The notes: generated from the letters alone by a model not told the origin. Numbered from the stretch's first letter, positions 31,111 to 45,610 are shown. The stretch is 64,000 bases of DNA from the human T2T-CHM13v2.0 reference genome, Homo sapiens (GCF_009914755.1 NC_060926.1); one strand, 5' to 3'. Translations and numbers: made by a program.

Positions 31111-31389
31111 GATGAAAGGATCATGGGAATTATGGTCATAAAGCTAAAAAGCCCAAAGAATAGAGCTGTGAAATTCTTACTACAGGAATAAGAAAACGTT
31201 TATTACCATTGCAGATGGCTTGATTTTTAAGCATATGTTAGTTTACAAATGCTGTTTATCTGTCTGAGAACTTGAGAGTGCTACTATAAAAGACATATAA
31301 AATATGTGTGTTAAAATAGAAATAAAATTCAAACCATATAGCTATTTGGAAACACAAATTTAACAAAAGCCTAGGCTCCTATAGTTACT

Positions 31390-31473
31390 TTTTGTTGTCG
31401 TTGTTGTTTGTTTGAAACAACGTCTTACTCCTCCCAAAGTTCTGGGATTACAGGCATGAGCCACCGCACCCGG
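31390..31473 (-). mobile_element. Alu remnant retaining only both ends
   Basis: tttgaaacaacgtcttactc fused to ctcccaaagttctgggattacaggcatgagccaccgcacccgg. Confidence 0.85.
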
Positions 31474-33184
31474 TCATTATTGAATTTTTTAAAAATAAAT
31501 TTAGACTTGAGTTTTCTGAGAGTCATTGCAAAAAAGGGGGTGAAGAAGTAGAGGAGGAAGAAAAAAGAAGAGGAAGAAGCCACGGCTAAGTTTTCAGAGG
31601 AGATACATTTTTATAAATCCCAGTTTATTAATACTAGTTTTCCCATGGAGATTTATACTAGGAAAGGTGAACAATCAAATAGACAATATTATTTAATAGT
31701 CATCTATTGATAGAAACAGAAATGTTCATTACATGACCAGTCCTCATTTTGATCCTCCAATCATTAAAAGATAATCCATGAACACGTATTTCTTTGGAGG
31801 GGGTTAAAGTAATGCAGCTGAGAAACACAGCTTTCTGCTTTCAGCATTAATGAGGACAAGGGAGCTAAGTCTCATCCCTTCTTTCTGAGACGGTTTAATT
31901 CAGTCACAAAAAACATATTGAAAATGGCACCAAGGTCATCGATTGATCCAGACTGCCTGAGTGTTTGTGCTATCTGCTTTGTGTTACTGAACATAAGCAC
32001 ATTCTTCCCAGTCCTTTTCAAACTAATTCTCTAAAACAAACACTTTAAACATCTTAATTTGTGAATACAAAACATTAACAGGCAGCCTGGTTATGACTGG
32101 TTGACATATAAAGAAGTATAGGCAAATAAACTTCTAGGCAAGCCTGCCTGCTGCTACCAGTTTTGTTAAGAGCCTATGTTATCTTTTAAGTAGGGAAGGA
32201 ATATACAGCTCTCCTTAAGACACTGTTTTCATGTGGCATTTTACAACTGCATTATTACATCTCATTTCAGTGACACTGCAAATGGTGATAACCTGCAATT
32301 GGCAGGAGCGATGAAAAAAAGGGAAAAACAAGAGCGATTAAGGATTTTCTTCCCTCAGAATCCCTTCTCAAAATCCATCCCCATGTTTTGACCTCCTTAT
32401 CAAATTAGGAAATCCAAGTAGATATCTCATTCAGCACAAACTTATATCATCTGGTTCTGAAGCCCACTCATCAGTGGCTATCTGTCTCTGTATTATACAC
32501 AGTATAAGATATATAGTATATATATGTGTGTGTGTGTGCATGTGTGGGGATATATATGGCCTAGCCTGCAGACTTTGAAGTTGAACTTGCCATGTATGGG
32601 AAGACCCAGAGAAGAGTTGCAGTTTGAGTCCATAGGCAATTTGCCGGCAGAATTGCCTATTTTAAATATATAACCTATCCTGCAGATTTTAATCATGCTT
32701 AAGTTAGCTTCCTAGCAAATTTTAGATAGCTCTTATTCCACATATGGATTCAGTCATTTCTAAACAACAACAAAACTTTTAGCGCTTTTTATAATTTATT
32801 ACACGTATAAAGTCTTAAAAATATCAGTTTGATTAGCTATGTGTGGGCTGTGAGATCCTTCGCAGATCACTAGTCAATATCCTGTAGTCTGAAATAGGTA
32901 CATCAAGTAACCAGCAACTTACACGAACGTGATCTCAGCCAGGCCAACTTATGTCCGGACATGCCACTAGTTATAAAATAACTCTAAAAATGAGTGCTTA
33001 GGTCGATTTAGCTGTTTCAAACAATAGAACATTTATTGCTTTAAATCAGGTTGAAGAAAAGGTACTAAAATTTTTTTAAAATGTTGCCAAAGGAATCTGA
33101 AATGTCCAAGTTTTCTCATTTATTTACAAGTGGAGTGATTGTTGAAAAGGAGAATGGGAATTAGTTATAAAACTAAAAAGTCCA

Positions 33185-33594
<410 letters not shown>

Positions 33595-34404
33595 TCAATC
33601 AGGCTCTGGACATAGTTAGTAGGAAAGATATTGATACCCCACCCCCCTCCTAAGGGAAAGAGATGATTCTACAGGGAAGTTATACTTCTGGAAAAAAATA
33701 ATGGGAAGACATCATTTAAGATAGAGACTGGAGAAGGAGACCACGATCAAATTTCTGTCCCATCATTTCATTTAGTTCATGGGTTATAGCAACACCCTTT
33801 GACTGTGTGGTTGCTGTGAAATTTTAGAAAAGGCTTATGGTAATGTGTCCAGTCGGAAAGAATGGTCATTCATTTCTTCTTATACATTTTGTAAAAATTA
33901 ACAGATCAAATTGTATTTATGTGATTCAGTTCTTATAGTTAAAGAATAGCAAAGAGACAGCCTCTGCATATTTGTGTGGATTAAGCACCAGTTGTAGTTT
34001 GACTAAGCCAGCCAAGGATTGCACTCCTGCGTGATGCGATCATTCTATTGGGAGATGTTTTCTTGAATCTTTGCTAATTGCACTAAAAATTAATATAATA
34101 ACCACAGTTCCCTTTGGAACACGTTTATCCTAAGTTTTCTTTAAGGAGAAGGAAGAGAAAGATCATACCCAGAGTAGGAAAGAATAAAAATAATAATGAG
34201 TGATGGTTCAGTACACCTCATTTTTGAACTAATTATGACACCGAAAGTATCAAAGTATGTTTTGGAAATCACGCGTTAGAATGTCAACATGGACAACTAG
34301 GGGTAAATAGTTTAAAGTTGTCCTAGTTGAGAACAGATTCAGTTAAAGAAAGGGAAAGGTCTCTGGATCTCATTATTTCTGTAAGAAGGAACAGCATTTA
34401 CTTC

Positions 34405-34714
<310 letters not shown>

Positions 34715-36068
34715 TGAGCATTTACTTCTAATATACAATATGAGATTAGCCATCATGCATATAATTGTGGGTATCATATGAAATTAACTTTCTTTAATTA
34801 TGTGTATTTCAGTTCTCATTAAGAATAAGAATTCTATGCTTCTCCATGCAAATGTATTTATAATTTCATATCAGTTAATGTAAAAAGTGATCCCCTAGTT
34901 GGATTTCAGAATATTGGGTATTATTACTAGGGAAGTTGACCTGAGTTTGAATGAATATAAAGAAACTGCTTTTAAATTAAACATGTGAAAACTTTCAGTT
35001 TTTTGCTTTCCTTTTGGAAATGCTTATAGTGTGGAATGCAAACATTCACCTAGTTAGAGAGAAAGCATCCCTAATCCCCATAAATTCTGTTTTGAAGCAC
35101 ATCAGCTTATATTGTACATCCTTTCCAGAGTAAAACTATTAATATTGTACCACCGTGAACTCATGTGTGTGCTGAAATGGAGTTTCTGTAAGAGCTAGTA
35201 GTTTTGTAGTTGTACTGTAAAAAATATTGATTATGCCTTACAAAGAATCAGCAATAAAACAAACATATTCTGATTGAGATAAAAAGAGATTGAAATCCTT
35301 AATTTGACACTAGATTTGTGAGCACAAAGCAAATGGAAGTTGGGCCATATTTGGCATTTCTTCAATAAATAATGATCAATGTTTAATATCCTTGTGATGA
35401 AACTAATTCATCTTCTGGTTATTGACCTGTTCAGATTTTCTGTTCATATAGTATCTTCCAGGGTGAGACACTTCTTCACTTTAAACTGGCGCTTAAAAAA
35501 AATCAGGTGAAGGTTTCTCTGTGGACAGAGGCAGATCAGTGATTAAATTTTCTCAAGTCAGTAGAGAAATTACAAAAAATAAAGTCAATGTTGTAAGTTT
35601 TTCATAAGGGTAAACTCATTCCATTAAAAATGTCTTTATGATTGCCTTCTATTTACTTACCTGGTTTTAAATTTGTCTTTTATGAAATGATGGTAACAGA
35701 AGGCAGTACTTACATTTTTGCCTTTTTAAATATTCTCACTTGACAAAAGAAAAGTTGATACCATATATTGTAAAAAAAAAATCACTAATTAAAAAAAAAA
35801 TCACCCAGTTAAAAAAAATCACTAATTGGTATATTCTAGGACTTGTAAATGCTAAGCATCTACAGCTGTACTGGCCATGAAACTACTGAAATAAAGTTAT
35901 TATTAAATAACTATGCCTTAATTGCCTGCCTTCACACCCACTCTGGCCACCCAATCCCCTTTCTTGGGACCCTAGACCTCCTCAAAATTAAGTATCTACA
36001 GGGTTAGTCCCTGTCATAGCTGGGGTCACCAGGATACTTTCTGACTGCTCATACTTTACCAGCTGTTA

Positions 36069-36412
<344 letters not shown>

Positions 36413-36554
36413 TGTTAAATATTTTAAATAGGGTCCATGGTAAATTCCCAATGCTTGGGAACTACTGGTGTCATATGAGTGTTGTTATCTGTTTCTTTAA
36501 AAAAGTCAAAAACACTACAGGCTGTCAGGCCATGTAATTAAAATAAAAAATACG

Positions 36555-36715
36555 ATTAAGTTACTATTGACAATAGTCACCCTGTTGTACCATCAAATAG
36601 TAGGTCTTGTTCATTCTTTCTATTTTTTGTACCCATTAGCCATCCTCACCTCCCTCCAGCCCCCCACTACCCTTCCCAGCCTCTGCTAACCATCTTCTAC
36701 TTTCTATGTCCATAG
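36555..36715 (-). mobile_element. L1MA 3' fragment
   Basis: atagtcaccctgttgtaccatcaaatagtaggtc...cccttcccagcctctgctaaccatc. Confidence 0.8.
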
Positions 36716-36812
36716 GCCATGTAATCTTTTAAAAACCACATTCAAGGTAATTTGGCAACTCCTACTTTGATAAATGTAAGGATAGGGTTGTTTTCGTCCG
36801 TTCCTAGAGAAT

Positions 36813-37335
36813 TGATACTGTTAGGCTTTGTGTCCCCAGCTAAATCTCATCTTGAATTGTAATCCCCACAATCCCCATGTGTCAAGGGAGAGACCAGGTG
36901 GAGGTAATGGCCTAAATGCAGCCACCAATTAAGAAAGCATTTGAGTTCTTTAATTGAATCATGGAGGTGGTTTCCCCCATGCTGTTATCGTGATAGTGAG
37001 TTCATTCTTACGTTATTGCGGGATCTGATGGTTTTATAAAGGGCTCTTCCTCCTTTGCTTAGCACTTCTTCCTGTCGCTTTGCGAGGAATGTGTCTTGCT
37101 TTCCCCTTCACCTTCCACCATGATTGTAAGTTTCCTGGGTGCTCCCAACCACGCTGAACTGTGAGTCAACTAAATCTCTTTCTTTTATAAATTCCCCAGT
37201 CTGGGGCAGTTCTTTATAGCAGTATGAAAATGGACTAATACAGTAAATTGGTTCTACAGGGAGTGGTGTTCTTCTTTAAAGATACCCGAAAATGTGAAAG
37301 CAACTTTGGAACTTGGTAACAGGCAGAGGATGGAA
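36813..37335 (+). mobile_element. THE1/MST LTR (36813-37242) plus truncated internal sequence
   Basis: tgatactgttaggctttgtgtcccc...tggactaataca, then gtaaattgg...gcaactttggaacttggtaacaggcagagg. Confidence 0.92.
36909..36948 (+). pseudogene. MT-RNR2: Micro-NUMT: ~40-bp fragment of mitochondrial 16S rRNA gene
   Basis: ggcctaaatgcagccaccaattaagaaagcatttgagttc versus recalled human mt 16S ggcctaaaagcagccaccaattaagaaagcgttcaagctc (35/40); interrupts the LTR motif gaggtaat/tgaatcatg. Confidence 0.85.
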
Positions 37336-38994
37336 AAAGAATACAGTGTAAAATGTTCATAAATAAAAACACAGGGCTTTATGCTTCCTAGGAATAATAG
37401 TTCTATGATGAGAAAGAGTAAGTAGCAGGACAGAGATGGACATCCTGTGTCTTTTTCTCTCCTCAGAATTCGTCCTTCGGTGAGAGAAATTTGATCTGTA
37501 CAACTAGGAAGAAAAAAATATATTGCTAAAAAACCCTTGTAGATTTGACAGCACATTTTAGACCCCCCAAAAGAGGAAAAATACCTAAAAAGACTTTAAA
37601 ATACATTAAAGAGAGTAAAACAAGTTTAGAATCTTGTCTCAAATCTGTTAAAGCACATTAAAAAAATAGTTCGTATATACTTGTCTTCAAAGCAAAAGAT
37701 AGGAGGAGCAGAATGTGTGGTCAACTTGGCTTGACCTTTGAGCAGGTGCTGTATTAAACTTCAGAGAGAGCACATCCCATTGCTGCAATCAAGTGACTAC
37801 AGCTGGTACTGCCCCTGAGCATTTAAGGTGCAGAAATGCTTTAAAGAGGTAGCTAACCTCCTTTAGCATCTGAATCGCCAAAATGTATGACGCTCTCACG
37901 TGAATGATATTGCCATTTACAATGGCAATATTTGAAAAAAATAAAGGTAGTCACTTTGATTTCGCTTTAATTTCTTGAAGGTCTGATATTTCTGCAGAAG
38001 AGTTGTGTTGAAGGTTCTCTATTATAAGATACATAAAACATTTTGATGCCACATAGAGGTTTGAAAGTATTGAAAATATTATTTGGTTATGATTTAAGGT
38101 TTCACATTACTTGTCCTTAGAAGGAGTTTGGGATAGAAAGAGTTCATGGGTACACTAAAAATGAGCAGAGGTAATGTCTCCACAGGTTTGCTTTAATGGG
38201 GCTTTGATGGAAAGACGGGCATAAAAATGGGGAAATTTGTGAAAGAAGGTATTGAAATAGCTATTATAAAACAGGAGTCTGTGACAATGTAAAACTTTAA
38301 TTCTTAAAATTGTTTTGGCTTTTCTTGAGAATGCTGCTTTTCTTTTTTTGCTAGCTTCTTAATAATCTCAATTAGCTTCTTGTTATCTAGAGAGAACAGG
38401 ACAATTCGAGTAAAATTTTCAGAAAAAGAATTATTTAATCACACATAAGAAGCTACAGATTCCTCACATTCATTTCACAAACTTAAGTAAAATGAGTTAC
38501 TTATCTAGGTTTTCTTTATTTATAAAGACTTTATATATTAGGAAATTTACAACATATACATTAGTAGAAAGAACAGTATGATGAACTATTTATCCAGCCT
38601 CAACAATTATTAACTTCCCCTGCAACTTCCTGGCTTCTAACCCCCAGGTTATTTTGTAGCAAGTCCCAGAGATTCTATCAATATATATTGACTATTACTA
38701 ATATTACAATATAATCTAAATAACAAATATTCATTACAAACATACCTTCAACATTATCACAGCAAAGAAACCCCACATTATATTTATTGTGCCATAAATA
38801 ATATAACAATAAAATACCCAGTGTTCAAATTTTTGTCTCTGTTTATTTTTGGTTTATGTGACATAGGACATAAGTAATATCTATACATTGCAATTGGTTA
38901 ATGTGTCTCAGGTCTCTCTCTCAGGGGTGTGTGTGTCTGTCTGTCTTCTAGTGGGAACCTTACCTCCCTCTTTATTATTTTTTTAAAAATTGAT

Positions 38995-39268
38995 GGCCAG
39001 GCACTGTGGCTCACACCCATAATCCCAGCATTTTGGGAGGCCGAGGTGGGCGGATCGCCTGAGGTCAGGAGTTCAAGACCAGACTGGCCAACATGGTGAA
39101 ACCCTGGCTCTACTAAAAATACAAAAATTAGCAGGGCATGGTGGCGGGCGCCTGTAATCCTAGCTACTCGGGAGGCTGAAGCAGGAGAATGGCTTGAGCC
39201 CAGGAGGCAGAGTTTGCAGTGAGCCAGCCTGGGTGACTGAGCCGGACTCTGTCACAAAAAAAAAAGAA
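38995..39268 (+). mobile_element. Alu (AluS-like) with ~21-nt deletion
   Basis: gtgagcc joined to agcctggg. Confidence 0.94.
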
Positions 39269-39443
39269 ACAAAACTTCACAAAATTTGCACATATTTATG
39301 GTATACAACACGATGTTGTATACATCGTGCAATGTATGTACAATATATGTGTATTTTGCAATATATGTATGCATTGCACAATAGCTAAATAAAGCTAATT
39401 AGCATATGCTCAAGCCTGCTAAAGGATTCCTTTTACTATGTGA

Positions 39444-39773
<330 letters not shown>

Positions 39774-39969
39774 TTGCATTTATTTCTTTTTGGGTTGTTT
39801 TTGAAGCAACTGGGCAGTTTGTATATAGAGTGGGTTTTGTTGATTGCATCCCTAAGGTGGTGGTTACATGTTGCTCTGATTCCTGAATCTTTTGTAAATT
39901 GTTGGTTAGATCTAGAGACTTAATTAAATTTAGGTTTGATGTTTTTTAGTAACACTACTTCATAGGTGG

Positions 39970-40369
39970 TGTTTTAGTCTTTTATTGCTGCTGTAACAAA
40001 ATACCCAAGGTGGGGTAATTTATAAAGTACAGAAATTTAATGCTCATGGTTCTGGAGGTTAGAAGTCCAAGATCGAGGCTCTGTCAGGATTGGTGTTCAA
40101 TGGGAACCCAGCCTCCTCTTCCAAGATAGTACCTTGTTGCTGCAACCTCCAGTGGGGATAAATGTTGCATCTTCATATGGCAGAAGGGATTGAAGGGTGA
40201 GAAAGGTCTACTAGTTTTCTTTAGTCCTTTTATAGCATCACTAACCCCATTTATGCAGGCTCTGCCTTCTTGACTTAATCATCCCCTAAAGGCCCTGCCT
40301 CCTTTTACTATCACAATGGGATTTAAGTTCTAAAAAATGAGTTTGGGGGAACACATTCAGCCCATAGCA
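39970..40369 (-). mobile_element. MLT1A/MST-type MaLR LTR
   Basis: tgttttagtc...gctgtaacaaaatacc...acattcagcccatagca. Confidence 0.85.
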
Positions 40370-40988
40370 GGTACTGTTGTTTACTTTCTTCAGATGTACA
40401 AAATATGTCTTGTTACTTCTTTTTTTTATGTGTAGGATATTAGCAGCCATTGAAGATCTTTACCTAGATATTTTTCTGTCATTTCTTCTTATCAAATATT
40501 TGGCTACTCTGAAATACAGTCATCAAGTCAAGGCAGAATAATTGCTTGATTTCCTCTTTCTAGTTACCAGTGTTCCAAATAATGAACCAGTTCATAGCTT
40601 CCTCTAAAGAAGAAAAGTGATATTTTAAAGTTATATTTTTGTATCATTATAAACTCATTGATTTAAATATACTTGATCCATTTTGATCACAGGTAGTTTG
40701 TTTCCTTTTTTCCCGTGATTGGAAATGGAATCCTCCATTGTATCCTTCACCTATTTTTGAAAGTATAGACAGATACCATTGTTTGTAAATTAATTTAATT
40801 ACCTGCTACCTTATTAATTTTTAAAATTGTTTATTGTAGTTTTTGTTGATTCTGTAGGGTTTTCTAAATGTATACTATACTATCTGCACAGAAATAGTTT
40901 TACTATTTTAATTTTTATCTCAATATTTTTCTTGTCAATGTTCATTGGCTAATACTTGCAACGTAATACTAAATAGCAATGGAAATAT

Positions 40989-41679
40989 CAGTGCTCTTTG
41001 ACTTATGATGGGGTTACATCTCAGTAAACCCATTGTGAGTTGAGAATGCATTTAATCCATCTGCTCTACTGAATATCATAACTTAGTCTAGCCTACCTTA
41101 AGTGTGCTCACAACATTTACATTAGCCTACAGTTGGGCAAAATCACCAAACACAAAGCCTGTTTTATAATAAAGTGTTGAATATCTCTTGTAATTTATTG
41201 AATATCATACAGGCATACCTCAGAAATATTGTGGGTTCAGTTCTGGACCATTGCAATAAAGCGAATATCACAATAAAATGAGACTCACACAGTTTTTGAT
41301 TTCCCAGCACATATAAAAGTTATGTGTACATGGTACTGCAGTGTAGTAAGTGTACAATAACATGTCTAAAAAAAGTACATACCTTAATTCTGAAAGAGCA
41401 TGAAGCGAGCACCTGCTATTGGGGAAATGGCACTGATAGACTTGCTCAACTCAGGTTACCACAAACCTTGGATTTATAAAAACTTGCAACATCTGTAAGC
41501 ACAATACAGTGAGGCACAATAAACTAAGGCATGCCTATACTGTAGCCTATACTGGAAATGAGAAACAGAATGGATGTATGGGGACTCAAAGTACGGTTTC
41601 TACTGAGTGCATATCACTTTTGCATCATCAAAAAGTTGAAAAATGATAAGTGCAACCGTTGCAAGTTGAGGATTGTCTG
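40989..41679. mobile_element. MER47A (Tigger family) split by a Tigger1 derivative
   Basis: gacttatgatggggttacatc...cctacagttgggcaaaatc... / ...aagtacggtttctactgagtgc...aagttgaggattgtctg. Confidence 0.85.
41210..41537. mobile_element. Internally deleted Tigger1
   Basis: TIR caggcatacct ... aggcatgcct, flanked by TA. Confidence 0.85.
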
Positions 41680-42520
41680 TAGTGGGCTTTCTTTTCTTGT
41701 TTCTGGTTTTATTGTGAAAATCTCTAATGCTTCTCCATGAAGAAAAATCACTGGCTTTGAGCTAGGAATTATATATCCTATTTTATTGAGCATTCTTTTA
41801 ATATGGGTAAATGTTGAATTTTGTTAAATATCTAATTTTTGATATGTATGGAGATTTAATATGATTTTTCTCATTAGCTCTATTAATGTTATGAATCAGC
41901 AGTGTATTTCCTAATATAAACTGCCTTGCACTCTGGGACTAAATTATACTTCATGATGTATTAATTTTTAATATGCTCTTGGATTCTGCTGACCAATTTA
42001 AGATTTTTTTGCATGGATATTCACAAATGAAATTCTTCTGCAGTTGTATTTTGGGATGAATTTTTTTTCAGATTTGTGGATTGATGTTATATTTACTCTA
42101 TAAAGCCAATATTTTAAGTATTTTTTGAGTCCTGCTTTCATTTGCTTTACTTTTCTGGGTTTTCTTTCACTAGCTTTCTGAATTGATTATGCAATACATT
42201 TTCTTTCCATTTTTATTTTTTGTCAAATAGACATTTAATGCCAGAAAATTTCTTTCATTGCCTGTCTTAGTTGTTTTCATAATTTCTCACATGCATTGCT
42301 TTCATTGTTATTTTGAAGAAATTCTGCAATTTTATTTTGTATTTCTCCTGGGATCCGAGTTATGGTGTTTTTGTTTAGTTTTATTTTTTAACATCAGGTG
42401 GAAGGGCCTTTAAAAGTTTTTGTTATTTGCCTGCAGGTCCACTGCATTATGGACAGAGAATTTTATTTGTATTATTTCTGTTCTTTGTGACTTATTCTCT
42501 TGAGACTGTCTTTGTAGCCT
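41680..42520 (-). mobile_element. Old L1M fragment
   Basis: T-rich antisense ORF2-like sequence (ttgcatggatattcacaaatga...). Confidence 0.6.
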
Positions 42521-42964
42521 ATGTATAATAAGAAACTCTCTTAAAGATTTCGGGAGCGCTTGAAAACATATCAGGTCTACACAGACACTGGATTCAGGTG
42601 CTTTATTCAGGTATGACATAGATTGCATCCCAGAAGCTGAGGGAAAAGACAGACCTCTTATTGGGCAAAGCAAAATTATTTACTATACACTGTCATTTAA
42701 TAGCTAAAGGTAATCAGTGAGTTTCTTCTATTTTTCGTGTATTTTTTTCTCACTAATTTCTCATAGTATATGACATCCACACTTATGTCAGTTTTATATT
42801 CCAGAAATAAAATAGATAATGCAGTGTATATACTACTTTAGTTGCTTTCATGTACTTGCTATATCATCTGTGTATCTCTGTCTACATCCACACCTGTCTA
42901 TTTATATGTTTAAATTGGGCTTTATAATTTTGTTATACTCCTTTCCGTCTCTCGGGAGGAGATA

Positions 42965-43317
42965 GGTTATGGACTGAATATTTATGCGCCACCTGCCCCC
43001 TCCCCCCAAATTCATGTTGAAATCCTAACTCCCAATGTGATATTAGAAAGTGGGACCTTTCGGAGATGATTAGGACATGAGGGCAGAGCTCATTTAAAAG
43101 GGACTCCAGAGAGCTCACTCACCTCTTCCATCATGTAAGGACATAGTGAGAAGTTAGCTGTCTATGGACCAGAAAGGAGGCTCTTACCAGACACTAAGTC
43201 TGCTAGTGCCTTGATCTTGGAATTCCCAGTATCCAGAACTGTTAGAAACAAATGTTTGATGTTTAAGACATGCAATCCCTGGTATTTCTATTACAGCAGC
43301 CTGAACGGATTAAGACA
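42965..43317 (+). mobile_element. MLT1A-type MaLR LTR
   Basis: ggttatggactgaat...cccaaattcatgttgaaatcctaac...gattaagaca. Confidence 0.85.
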
Positions 43318-43449
43318 AAGCCTGTTGTCTTTTGGTTATATACTATACCATTTGGTTATATATATACCATATATATAGTATATACCATGTTTGTATATAC
43401 TATACAAAATATTGAAATTAGCTTGTCAGCTTGTTGTCCCATCATTCCT

Positions 43450-44231
43450 TGCATCCAACATTTCATATGCACTATTATCTTTTTTACTCCCTACCTAGAA
43501 TTGACCAAACTGCAAAGGATGAGGGCATGGTCTTCTAGAATGTCAAGTCTGCCAAAACTTCCGACACCAACTGCAAGGAGTTAGGGTCCAACTACAAATT
43601 TGGAGGAAAGACTCCATACAAGACAACCTTTACTTTTGATACCAAATGCAAGATTGAAGGGTTCTCCAAACCATGCTCAGCTTTGATAATTCACTAGAAA
43701 AGCTCACAGAACTCACTGAAAGCTGTTAGATTCACAGTTAGTTTATTATGGGAAAAGGATAAAAATAAGCCAAAGAAGGGGCATGTAAAGAAGGGTTTGC
43801 AAGGATTCCAGACACTAAGCTTTTATTGTCTTCAGGTTATGTTCTTCTTCTGACATTGACGTGTGACCGTGTGCATGGGGCATTGCCAACCAATGACACC
43901 CACCCAAGTCTTGGTGTTCACAGTTTTTATTGGAGCTCCATTACGTAGACATGATTAATTGACTGATTGCTGACATGGTCAGTTTCAAACTTCAGTATGA
44001 CTGATACTGTGTGAACCCCAAACCTCCATCCTAAATCCTACAATTTATTTTCCTGCCATAGCCAGTCTATACCCTAAGATTATCAGGTATGACCAACTCC
44101 ATCCTGGTGTGGTCAGCCCCCCAACCCTAAATAATAACAATGTTCCTATCAAGTATGAAATAGATTCACTTCCAGAGGCTAAGAGCAAAGCTAGACTTCT
44201 TGTTGGGCAAGGTCAAATTTTTTACTGTACA
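43450..44231 (-). mobile_element. MER21-type LTR
   Basis: ttcactagaaaagctcacagaactcactgaaagc...ttgggcaaggtcaaattttttactgtaca. Confidence 0.75.
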
Positions 44232-45064
44232 CCCTCATTTAATATCTAAATGCAATAAATGAGGTTCTGTTTCATATGTGTTTTTTTCTCATTCATTCCT
44301 CATTTTGATAGCAGTTCTAAGTATGTAGCCATTATATACTATTGTCAATATATGTAGCCATTATATACTATGCTATCTCCCTTAATGGTTTTTTTTTTTA
44401 GGTATATAGGTAAATATATGTTTTATGCACACTCCAAGTTTTTACAGTAAGTGATGTAAGGAAGAGATCACATCTTCATCCACTGGAGATGAAACTTCAG
44501 TGGCATAGATGGATTCTCCATATCAACTGTTAGGCATAATCAGTATGGATATCACCTACAGTGAGGAGACCAAAGGTCTGACTGCAGCAGAACGGGTTCC
44601 CCAGGTATAATGTATAGGAAGACTGAATACATGGGGAGAAATACTTATCACATATTAGTTTTCTTGTTTTGTTTTTTAAGATAGTTTAAAGCTATAAATT
44701 TCTATTAAATACCACTTCAGCTATAACCTTTAGGTGTTGTTATATATGGCACATTCATTAATGATCAGTTTAACGTATTTTATAAATTGTGTTATGATTT
44801 ATTGGACCTATGGCTTATTTAGCAGAGTGTTTTAGATTTCACAGTAAGAACTTTCAAAATTGCTTTCTGGTTACTGTTTGCTAACTTAAGTGCGTTATGG
44901 ACAAGAACTTAGTCTGTATAATACTGATTTTTGGTATTTTGGGAATATTTTTGTGGCCTGAAATGTGAATTTTTAGAAATGTTCCAAGAGTCTTTGGTAT
45001 GAGTGTGCATTATCTCATTGTTGGTTACAGGATTCTAAATATATTCAATAGACAGTTTATTGAA

Positions 45065-45610
45065 ATTTAGAGGAAAAGAGTTAATGCAAAGCTATAATTC
45101 TCTGACAAATTTGTGCAGTATTAAGTGAAGGGTTGGAAATAGGTGACAGTGTCTTGCTGGGGTTTCTGTGTTCCTTTTGATCCAAGGATGTATGTAAGTA
45201 TGCTTAGAATTATTTCCTATGTAATCTATAATTTATGACATTCTGCAGTCCTAAAAAAAAAAATCAGATCTAGCTATGATCTAGGTGATCATCTCCTATG
45301 AGCTAGCAGATTAGCACATGATTTAAGCAAGGGGTCCTGGCCTGAGGTTTCTGTGTTCTACTGTGATCTTCACTTATGTCAATTTCTTGTCATGTCTCCC
45401 AGTCAAAATTTTCCCTGTGCAGTAATGAGCTACATCAGAAGCTGAGTCTATACGTCTGAGACCTCGTCATGTTGCTGACGTGCTACTCATTTGTTCCCTG
45501 TCCTGCATCCTTTCTCTATGCTAATTAAACATGGTGAAGAATAAGCCAGTTGTGTTTTGTAAGTTATGCTGACATTTAAACCTGAAAACCACTCTGGGAT
45601 CTTGCAGTTA
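45065..45610 (+). mobile_element. Ancient ERVL-like LTR (family uncertain)
   Basis: Starts aggaaaagagttaat; attaaa signal near 45525; LTR-like composition. Confidence 0.4.

Noticed and set aside
35394-35470. Possible C/D box snoRNA (gtgatga box C)
   Set aside because: No suitably placed CTGA box D or terminal stem
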